From Octopus sinensis (lineage: Eukaryota): 64,000 bases of DNA. Positions within the stretch are counted from its first letter, which is position 1. Each line of letters opens with the position of its first letter. A program made the position numbers and the translations under genes. The notes under the pieces are model-generated. The model was given only the letters and a program-made list of their open reading frames with translations. It ran no database searches and had not been told where the DNA came from. The stretch is taken from contig NC_043013.1 in assembly GCF_006345805.1 (NCBI RefSeq), forward strand, positions 22,568,001 to 22,632,000. Reading direction: 5' to 3'. Of the stretch, positions 39,501 to 51,245 are shown piece after piece.

Positions 39501-42500
39501 AGAATGTGTAGTTAACGCAGATGATAGTAAGTTGAAGTTTTTCCGTTTCCTTTTTTAAAGAAATTCTTTCTGATTGTAAAGTGTATTAGCCATTATCTTA
39601 AATGTTGTTTCTCGTTAGCTTTTTATAGTCTACGCTTGTGGTTCTCAACTAGCGTCCATCTAAGATTTTGTTGTTAAAGTTTATCTGTAATTCATGAAAT
39701 ATTTTAATATTTTTAATACAATTCCTAATAATATTTAAATTATAAAAATACAATAGTTCTTTTTCATCATACATAAAATGGCTGTGGAGGTCCAGGAGAG
39801 TGAAATAGAAACCAAAGGGATCCTTAGGCAAAAAAATGGTTAAGAACCATTACACGTTATATGGTCCCTATAAACTAGTATTTAATTGTAAATTTTCTTA
39901 TCAATAAAATAACTATTTTAATGTCCATTACTGCTGGGAATAACAACCTGAAAAATTGTTATTCCATCTAGAAATTGCAAGCCTCAGCACATTACTGGTA
40001 CTGGCAGTATTCGAACTCAAGAGATTTTTGTTGCCAGTGAGTGAATGCCTACATGGACAGAAATCAAAAGTAGAAACTTATGAATTGCAATCTGCCTTGA
40101 TAATTAATAATACTATATTGGATGGATCTTGCAGGCATGAAGGGGATTCGATCCACCATAGCCAAATTTCAAGTAACAGTTCAACAGAACTTTTCTCACG
40201 GTGGCACAATAGTTTTTCATTTGCCAGATTGCCTTAACTAGGCCGAAATAATGTCTTCACCACTTGACCTTTCTAACCTCTTATAATCCACCAAAAGCTA
40301 GAATTTAGATAACAAGACCACCAACTAAATCTATTGTTCTCAAAGATATGTCTATCCTTCTGGATAGTTATAAAAACTAGAACCCCCAAGCAAAAATCAG
40401 TTAGTCACTTGGCATTCAGTACATCCCCCTCTAACTTTAATCGTTTGCTGATGTATATCAATGAGGATAGAAACAAGGGCAAGGACAGTTGGAAAAAAAT
40501 GTTGCTTTACAAATGATGTTCCTTGACATATTTGCTTTGCATCAAGTTATAGACACTTCCTTGTCACTGTATCAGAAATATCATCACCCAGTGAGCGTCG
40601 CCGTGAAAATCTGTAATTAATCAAAGATTCTATTGTTTACCATTTCTGATATAAAAAATAACACACAGGTGTAAGTATGGCCGTGCAGTTAAGGAACTTG
40701 CTTGCCAACCACTTCATTCTGTGTTCAGTTCCACTGCATGTCACTTTGTGCATACTATTGCTCCAGGCTGACCACAGCCTTGTGACTGGATTTGATACAC
40801 GGAAACTGAAAGAAGCCCATCGCGTGTGTGTGTGTGAATTGGTGTCTCCTCGTCTTCGTCCCCATTGTATAAATGATGTCATTTCCAAACTTTCGTGGAA
40901 ACCTGCTGGCTATGGAGGGGTGGGGGGAATATCATCTTATTTGGAAACTGGGAGGGTTGGTGATAGGAAGGGCATTCGTCAAAAGGGAACCTATCTGAAC
41001 AAAATTGTTTTACCCAAGCAAGCGTGGAAAAGTGGCTGGTAAAACAATGATGAGGAGGAATAACACACACACAACTCTCTCCCTCCCTCTCTCACACCCA
41101 CCCACCCACACATATCTATACATATCCAAGTATGCACACGTGTAATTGTGCATGACTGTGTCTCTGATTGTTATCATTTCTGTTTTGAGCAAAAGTCTGT
41201 ACGTTCATGTTTTTATCCTCTTTGAACAATAAGTCCTGTAGCTTTGTGCTTTTGGACTAAAAAAACCTTTACTTGAAAATCTGATAAGGGTTGGCAACAG
41301 TAAAGGCATCAAGCCATAAGGTCTTTCCAACCCATGCTAGTACAGAAAAACAGACCAGGACATGAAGAGTCTCTCTCATTGGCTCCCTGTCATCCTAAAT
41401 GAGGTTGAAGTGTCTCAATTATTTAACACTGTTAAAACTAGAATAGTCTCTAATCTACTCTAATAACTTCCTGTAATTATAGTGGAGGACCAAATTATAA
41501 AAAAAAAGAATCTGTCAGCGTATGAAAGTAGGTTTCTGTATTATTTTATATCTTTGGTCAATTTACTGATAATATTACTTCCATTTTTTTGTGTGTTTCA
41601 CTTGTAGATAACATTGAGGCTGATCTGAGTAATTCTGTAAAGAATGGTATCATGTATCTTGAAGATTCCATAGATCATGTAAGTATCTTTATTATACACT
41701 CAGTATATTAGTCTATGATTGTGTGTGTGTGTGTTAAAACAGAATCAATAAAATGAGCACCAGATTCTACACTCGTCAATGTTTGAAACAAGTAAAAAAG
41801 AAACAGCAGAATGTCTTTCATATTTCTTGGAAATTTCTTGTGATTGACCATTCTATGTTGAATAAAATGTTCCTTCCAGTGACCAAGTTTCTCCATTTTC
41901 AGGTTTGGCATCCACATATATTTGTATTAACCACAGCCAAATTGCTCTACGCTGAAGATCCGTCTGCAGCAGAACAAGATGAAGACCAAGAGGATGAAGA
42001 GAACAGTTTATGTGCCGAGGTGAGATGCTTATAATTATATCCACCAAACGTATCATTCAGCTCCCTTTATTGGAATGCTAATCAGATTTAGAGATTTTGA
42101 AATAAAATTTTCGACAAAGTAAGACAGAGATAAAGATAGTGTTAAATTTCTCGTATTGGCACAAAATCTCACATTTGTTGGTTACAGTAGATTTTTTATC
42201 AACAAAGTGTTACATATGATCATGAGAAGACACAACAAAAGCATTGTGTGTGTGTGAGTGTCCATCATTCCATCCATCTACCTGTCTACCTGTTCATCTT
42301 GAGAGATAGGGGTAAAGTAACTCGGGGATGATAGAAATACAAAAGGGTATCAAAGATGGGTGAGGAGCAAAAGATGATGACTTTGCTGGTATAAATGGGA
42401 GAAAGATCTGAATGAATGCCATAGAATCTCATTCTCTGTCATGATCTCCACCCAATGCACAGTTAATTAGATTTGCATGTGTGGCCGAGTATTCCTCAGC

Positions 42501-43238
42501 ACCACATAGCCTCAATCAACATAGTCCATTGTCATCTCCCTGGGAGATCAGTCTACCACTTGGTTCCATGTCTTCAACTTCCATAGATTCCTTTGGGTGG
42601 TCAGCGCTTCCTTATTCTATTCCATGCAGATTATGTGAATGTTTATAGAAAATTCTTGCCAATTCTTTGTTGATTTGGAGCATTTCTTTGCATGTCTTCC
42701 ATGAGCCGGCTGCGTTTTGTGATATAAGAAAAGAAACATTTGAGGAAAATCCAAAATAATGAAAATAATAAAAAAGAAAAGAAAAATACAAGATATAATA
42801 ACAAAATAAAAAAAGTTTACCTGTAATTTTTGTGACCATTTTTTTTCTGCTTTTTTTTTTTTTTTTCACATCAGCAAAACTGTTCTAGTGATGAGCTTCA
42901 CTTTGGTGAAAAATGGTTCCATGGGAAACTGGAAGGTGGGCGGCACCGTGCTGAATGGCTACTACATCAATACAAGTCTTTAGGTGATGGCACATTTCTT
43001 GTTCGGGAAAGTGAAACCTTTATCGGAGATTTTTCCCTTTCATTTTTGTAAGTATTTCACTGCTGTATTATCTGGAGTTGTGCTTGAGAAAAAAAAATTG
43101 CAATATTTTGGAATCTTAATCTGTTAATCTCTGCTTTGGAGGCGACTTTTACAATATTCCCATCTACATTACCTTTCAGTTTGACAATTGCCATTAGTTT
43201 GGATCTTGTTGATTACTAGACACACAGGGACAGTATAC

Positions 43239-43272
<34 letters not shown>

Positions 43273-45003
43273 CTGTCTGTCTGTCTCTGCACATTGCTTT
43301 CTGTTCTGTTGTATTTCTCAGGAATGGTAAATGCAGCTGGTCTTTATTAAAGAAGCTTCCAGGCATGGCTGTGTGATTAAGAAATTTGCTTTGGCATTGG
43401 CCTCCGATGTTTGGCAAATCAGACGAGTGCTTGCATCTATGTCTTCATTTGGTCTCACATTCCCACCATCCAATAACAATGTTTTCGTGCCACTCAAAGA
43501 GCATTTCACATAAATAAAAAGTCTGGTGCCATGTTGGTTTGTGCAATGTCTTGAAATAAGTAAGAATTGACAAAACAAACAAGGATGGTGCTGCCAATGA
43601 CTTCCAGGAATGAGATACCAGACCATGACAGAGACAAAACCTACAAGAAATGTTCTGTAGAAGTGAATATTGAAGAACTTTTAATGTCAAATGATGTTTT
43701 CCCATTTCATAATATAATGTTATATTTCTGTTTGTTTTTGAGTTATTTTTCGATTTATTTAAATTTTTTATTAATAATCTCTGCTTAATTTTTGGTGGTC
43801 TCTTAGAAATGGTATGCCTTTATTGAAAGATTTAAATTCAGAATCTAGAGGAAGGGAGCTAAATATTTTGTGAAGTAAATACCAATTATATGTTGGAATT
43901 GATTCACCTGACCATACACTCTCCCTGCCCTCACCTATAAATCTGTATCAATGTTGGGAATTATTTCTTCACTTGGATGGAGTGTGGGGTGGATTGGAAG
44001 ACTGTCAAGCTTCTCACTAAATGCTTTATCATATTGAGTTATGTCCCTTGGTTTGTATTATATTTCTTGGGATTGGTAAAACACCAACGAAGAACTGAGG
44101 ATCTGTACAACAGACTTTTCTCCTCACTCCAAGAAATTCCCTTCCTTATGTAGATCTAACAAATCATTATTATTTCTTCCCATAAATTTTTATTTCTTTA
44201 TCTTATTGATTCTTTAGAAAAAGTATTCTTAAGAATCTCTACCAATTCTTTTTTAAGAAGTAATCACTCAGTTGCACTTTTATCTTCCTTTTGACTCCTT
44301 CTGGACCATTTTGGTCCCAACCCTTACCTCAGTCTTCATCTTACTGCTGCCAATATAACCTGATGTAGAATCTCTGTGAAATGACTTTCTCATTCCAATC
44401 ATTGACTACCATCCATTTCTACTGACCAATGTAGAACCCCGCTCCTGCTACAGTTCCTTCTACCATGAGCCGTTTGTCTCCAGACTCATTTACTCCTCTC
44501 ATAACCATGCAATATGCTTCTTTTTAACTTCCTCTTTTATCTTACCATATTCTTGTGAACAACAGCATCATTGGTTACCAACTGGTGACCCTCTTGGTCA
44601 CTGTATGTTTAAAAGGCAAGAGGGATAAGGGAGCATCTGGTATTTAAGCAACTGAGCTTGAACAAATACCACAAGGTATTTTTATTTGAAAGCACTGTCC
44701 ATTAATTAGTATCCTCATCTACATTTACATTTTAGGCCAATATACTTTGAAATAAGACATAGTGCTCGCGTGCACACACACACACACACCTATGATAGGA
44801 CATCCTCACAGTTGATGTTCATCAAATTTCCGTTTCAAGTTATGAACTTGAAGCCAGAGTAGAACCTATTTGCCCAGTGGGTTCCGGTCTGAACCCATTT
44901 TAGTTGTGAAGTAACATTCACCGTTTTAGTGCCCTCAGCATACAAGCAAGTGAATTTCTTTTACATAAGCCTGTTGGTTTGTTTCTTTTTGTGTGTGTGT
45001 ATA

Positions 45004-45037
<34 letters not shown>

Positions 45038-45322
45038 GTTTCTGATAAATCAATTGATCAAACCAAGTTCAATTCTCACATACAACCTGTTCTCTTAAGC
45101 TGATGTCATCTTGAGAAAATAACATGTTGCAGTTTCCATTACACTTTACAATACAGGGTGAAGAAATATATGGAGAGCCATTTCCATGTCTTTGATAAAG
45201 ATATAATTTAGTTTTGCCATGAAATTATGGTCAACATTGGTTAAAATGCCAGGATTTCATGAAATTAGAGTAAGGGTTGCACTGATGTGTTTCATCATTG
45301 TTACAACTCATCAGGAGTCACT

Positions 45323-45360
<38 letters not shown>

Positions 45361-48300
45361 GAGATGTTGACTGATAAATGGTGGGGAATTAACAGAGAGT
45401 TTGTTCTAGCATTGGTTACAATACTTTCTATCATTTGTTGTGATACTGTGTGCTCTGAGTTCAAATCCCTTCATGGTCAACTTCATGATTTCCCTGGGAA
45501 GTGAGCAGAGAAGTGGCAAATCAATAGTAAAGGTTTCCAATACAAGGTTGTGGAATGGATGGAATTCTTCGACTGACAGATGGAATGTCTTTTGGTATTT
45601 TTACTGACTGTGTAGTTTCTAAATTCTAATTCTTCTTCTTCTGTTTGTGACTGCATTCATGGAAATATTCTTTGGTTCTGTCAAAACATTGACTGTGATG
45701 CTACAAGTTCTTACAATATTACATACAAGTGTGTTCATACATATTTTATTTACATAATGGTAGATTATTGGCAGCCAACCGTTGTTACAGTGCCAATGCA
45801 GTGTTGCTGCATCATCATCATCATCAGTGTCATCGTTTTTACATTCTTTATTTCCATGCTACAGCCATTGGTTAAGTAAGATTTTCCAACCTGGGATCCA
45901 CACATACCTAGGGGGTCTATGATTTCATCATCATCATCGTTGTTTAACATCCATTTTCCATGCTAGCATGGGTTGGATGGTTTGACTGGGGGCTGGCAAG
46001 CCAGTAGGCTGCACCAGGCTCCATTCTGATCTGGCAAAGTTTCTACAGCTGGATGCCCTTCCTGATGCCAACCACTCCGAGAGTGTAGTGGATGCTTTTT
46101 ACGTGCCACCGGTATTGGAACCAGTATCCTGTCTCGGTCTCCTGTCATTGCCTCTGTGAAGCCCAACATTCGAAGGTCTTGCTTCACCACCTCATCCCAT
46201 GTCTTCCTGGGTCTTCCTCTTCCACAGGTTCCTTCCACTGTTTGGGAGTGACACTTTTTCACGCAACTTTCCTCATCCATCTGTACTACATGACCATACC
46301 AACACAAATGTCTCTCCTGCATGCCACATCCAATGCTTCTTACGTCCAACATTTCTCTCAGGGCGCTTACACTCTGTTGTGTGTGCACACTGACATTACA
46401 CATCCAGTGGATCATGCTAGCATCATTTCTTTCAAGCCTGCACATGTCCTCAACAGTCATGGCCCATGTTTCACTCCTGTGAAGCATAGCTGTTCGCACA
46501 CATGCATCGTACAGTCTACCTTTCACTCTGAACAAGAGGCTCTTTTTTGTTACCAGCAGAGGTAAGAACTTTCTGAACTTTGCCCAGGCTATTTTTATTC
46601 TAGTGGCAACCTTCTCAGAGCATCCACCCCAACTACAGACTTGGTCACCTAAGTAGCTATTCTACTGCTTTTCTACATGTTAAAAACTGACAGAAATCTT
46701 TACACTGAGAACTTCAAACACTTAGAGTAATGGCTCTCAACCATTTTTGGCTTAGTGACTCCTTTCAATAAACAGTATTCTACAAATGCCCTCTCCACGG
46801 ATTATTTCAATAAAACAAAAGCTAATATTATATATTAGTTTAACATTAGTCCTCTCTCTCTGCTCCCTGATGACATAATTGCCTACTTATATATTCTAAT
46901 CCCAAAGATGTTTTTAAATGAAAATACAGGAGGAAAAGAAAACTAAGGCTTTGGAAATTTGATGAAGACTTAAGGAGAAAGACTAAAGCTGAGAGAGCGA
47001 GAGAGATTAGGAAGTTACATATTGAAGAGACAATTTAAATAATTAATTTATGAAAGTACATATTAGTGATAATGTATGTTAGATCTATGAATGAATGAAG
47101 CAATCAAAAGATCAAGAGAATATCTTAGAAGTGCTTAAGGTGGGTGCCAATAGTAACCAAACACTGGAATGAGCTGCATGAAAGTCTGGGAGGGGAACAT
47201 GTGTGATAGGTATTTTATTTATATATATATATATATATATTTATATATAGGGAGAGTTTACGAAAAAAACAAAAGACGAAGACAGGTGGTGTACAAAACA
47301 AACAGATGTATATATATGGTATGGCCGGAAGTGGATATTATGAATGGGTATTTTGCCCTGGGCAGTAGAGATAGCAGTAAGAAGCCGTAATGGGTGTGTG
47401 ATTTGTGTTTAAAATTTTAAATGCTGCTGTATAAAAGTTATTTATAATTCTTCATTCGCATTTTACCTTTCGACTGAGAAATGAAACAAGTTTGTAGTTT
47501 GTTAATAAATTTAGCCTCTTGAGTTGAGAGGCATTTGACAAAGCTGGGATCCATAAGAAAATTAATATAGAAAATATGGGTTCATGGTATTGAAAAGGTT
47601 GTGAAGCACCTGTCTGCAACATTGCTGAGTGAATGAGCTACTCAAGATGCTGATTTAAAGTGGCTCAGAGCATTAATGGTGGGATTGCAGGGGAAGAGCC
47701 CAGTGATATCAAGAATATCTGCATCTCTAACTTCACTGTACGAATCACAGTCGTCATAGCAGCAATTAAGACAAGCCTAACTTTATGGATGTTAAAATTG
47801 AACCTGCACTTGGTGCTTGAGCAAGTCTTTCAACAGCTGTTATACTCACCACTAATTTATGAGACTGATAAGAGAATGGAATATGCAGTACATTTGTCAT
47901 TGTACCCAAAGAGTAAGACCAACTTATGTATTGAGAGTTGCTGATGATGATGACGACGACGATGATCAATTAAGATTTTTAATTGGCTTGTCATAATTTA
48001 ATTCCCTGAACCACCATTGAATGTTAAATTAATTACTTATAATTTAGTCCTGTTGCTTATCACCCAAATATTTGATTGGCTGCATTACCAAATGTCTTCT
48101 ATCTAATTTGGTTCCGAGTTATCACATGTTTGTTTCATTACTCATTTAATTTGATGAAGAAACTGTTGTAGCAACCATTATCCCCTGTTTGATTTGATTG
48201 CCTGAGTTGTCAAGTATTTGACTATTAGTGACATTGTTCTAAAGCAATGGTTCTTAGCCTTGGAGGGTACTGTGAGATTCCAAAGGGACAGCAAATGTCA

Positions 48301-50494
48301 AGGTGAAGGGGCTATGTGGGGCAGTGTGTGTTTAGAGGGGTTGTGACTTTTTTTGTCAGAAAGGAAGTACTGCATTTTCCAACATACCAGCATGTAATGT
48401 AAACATGTAGCGTAATCATTCAAACATTGTTATTATCTTTTGAAATCCTGTTGCACATTTCACATGGAATTTTTCGTTCTCCGAATTTGTCTTGGTGTGT
48501 GAGTTGAGCCACCTTTTTTTTTTTTTTGGCTGTCAATTTAGGTCTGAAAAATTCAATTTGTGTGCCAAAAATGCATTATTTAAATCAGATACAATACTTA
48601 CATTTAAAAACATCTTTGGGATTAGAATATATAAGTAGGCAATTATGTCATCAGGGAGCAGAGAGAGGACTGATGTTAAACTAATATATAATATTAGCTT
48701 TTGTTTTATTAAAATAATCCGTGGAGAGGGCATTTGTAGAATACTGTTTATTGAAAGGAGTCACTAAGCCAAAAATGGTTGAGAGCCATTACTATAAGTG
48801 TTTGAAGTTCTCAGTGTAAAGATTTCTGTCAATTTTTAACATGTAGAAAAGCAGTAGAATAGCAAAAACTGACACCAGGATAGATTTCTGTGTAATTTAA
48901 AGAATCAACAACAAACTCACAAGATATTCATGCATGTGTGTCAAGACCATCTACAGTTTGTACATGGACAGTCAAACTTGTGTGTTTTACTGTCCATGTA
49001 TAACTTATATCCACTCAGTATTCAGCTCTCTCCAAAGGGTCTGTTTATGTTCCCATGAAATACAAATCTACTGAAAGCATCTCTGTTGGGGACACACTGC
49101 TAATTAGATTACAAGATCTACTTCACTTTCTTCTTTGTATTAATTCTTTGAGAATGTTTCTTCTTTGTTACAAGAATTATAGTATTGAGTGTTATATTTC
49201 TACAATCTGATTTCAATTCACCTTTGAGGGTGAAATGAAACAACCAGTAATTCACTGTGGCCCACTTATACCTTTCCTCTGTGAAATTTATCTTTGCATT
49301 TAGTCATTTGTGTGTTGATCTATGATTGATGGGTCATTACGTCAATCAGATTCTTAGGATGGATCTTTTGTTTGTGAGCATCTCTACTGTCAACTTTGTA
49401 CATTAATTCTTTCTGTTATTGTGAAGGTAAAATGTAAGAGGAGGGGATGGATGCAAGTTGGCAGAGTTGTTGGCGCCTCAGGCAAGATGCTTCTGGCTTT
49501 TTACTTTCTGAGTTCCATTAATGCCAAAGTCAACTTTACCTTTCATCCTTTTGGGGTTAAGATAAAGTACCAGTCATGTACTGTGCCAGTGCCATTGACT
49601 TACTCCCCCTCCCCTCAAAAATGCTTGCCTTGTGCAAAAATTTGAAAGCATTATTATAGATGGAAATGAAGTTATGTAAAGAATATCAAATATTTTAAAC
49701 ACTAAATCATTGTTGTTTATTGGAAACCTTCATTCTATAAAGTTATGAAAAAAAAAAAAAGGAACTTTTACCAGACATCTTATTTTTAGGATTAAAATTT
49801 CACATTCTTACTTCAATTCTCATTTTGCATATTTAGGATTTACCAAGATTTTAGTTTTAAGCTGCAATTCCAAAAAGTCTGAGAACATTATTTTCCTGTT
49901 TTTGTTATTGATTTTTAATTGTCAATTTGAAATTTCTGTAAAATATTTGGCTAAACTGTTGTTGTTGTTTTTTTTTTTATTCTTAAAGATTTTTTTATTT
50001 TCTCTAAAACCCTGGTAAGTAAACCCATTTTACTGGCTGTTGTTAATGTCCCCATCTGGCTGCATCTGTGGCACCAGCAAACCCTGAAAAGCAAAATCCC
50101 CATAAAAACCCAACCCAAAACATACTTTCACCTTCACAGTGCTTCTTTGTTTATAAATTGGCTTCAAATTTCAATTCTAGACTGTTAGGAGAAAGAATTT
50201 GCAGGGGCGGGGATGCAAGGGAATAGAGTTTTGTTCGTTAGTTAATTGCTAATCCAGCTTTTCGCTTTTTTTGTTCTTTTATAAAAAAAAATGTTTAACT
50301 TCATCATCCAATCTCCCTTAGATTTTATTAAAATGTTTAGTAGTGATCTGTTTCCCTGCAAAAGGCACACAGTATGGCGCATGCATCGGAAGTGTGGTGT
50401 TGCATGAGAGAGAAACATGGGAATTATTTAATTAATTAATTAAACTGTAGAGAAATGAGTCACACAAGCTTCCCTGTTGGCTGTGTAATGTGAC

Positions 50495-50525
<31 letters not shown>

Positions 50526-51204
50526 AACACGTACAAATGAGGTGGATGATGAATGTAGGGTAGAAATGTGTGGCAAATATTGGGAATTCTGTGAATGCAG
50601 GGCAGAAGCAAATGTAAGGAGTTGTGATGTTCGATGGTGGGACTGCATAGATGAGATGACGAAAGACCAGGATTAGTAAGGATGTGCTGTATGGCATTTT
50701 CATCCAACCTCCCTCTGCTGGCATGATAAATGAACATGAAAAGGTTGCTGGTGATGATGATATAAACACTAGAAAGCTGCAAATAACAATTTTGGACCAT
50801 AAAAACGACATGAAATCCACTGAAGGGAATTGAACCATTCATCTGTTCTTTAGTGAGGAAATATACTTTGATTTACACAACAAGGAGTTTGAGGTTTTTC
50901 CTCTCCCCTATAAAAATATAAATGTCAATCTGCTTCATTTGGAATTCATTAATTAACGAGATGAACAATTTGATTGACTTCAGTGAGTTTGCTGTTATTA
51001 TGGATCCCAGATTGTATTAAAATCTCAGTTGTTAGCTTATAACTTATTCATATATGCCAACATATATATACTTGCATGTGACTCTGTATGGATGTGGGTT
51101 TATTTGTTTGGAGAGACAAGAAAAAGATGGAATATTTCAACAAAACAGCTGTGTTTAGAATAGCACAAAAATATTGTTGTTTGCAAAATTATCTCAGACG
51201 AATT

Positions 51205-51245
<41 letters not shown>

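Noticed and set aside
49989-50014. 26-nt poison-exon candidate (poly-T/AG acceptor, CTG|gtaagt donor, in-frame TAA)
   Set aside because: Low-complexity T-rich body and no independent support; such donors occur often by chance. Junction reads would be needed.
50566-50676. 36-aa Cys/Trp-rich [39 protein letters not shown]
   Set aside because: No signal peptide or recognisable family; nearby donors are not frame-compatible with the next PLC-gamma exon; likely chance in purine-rich DNA.
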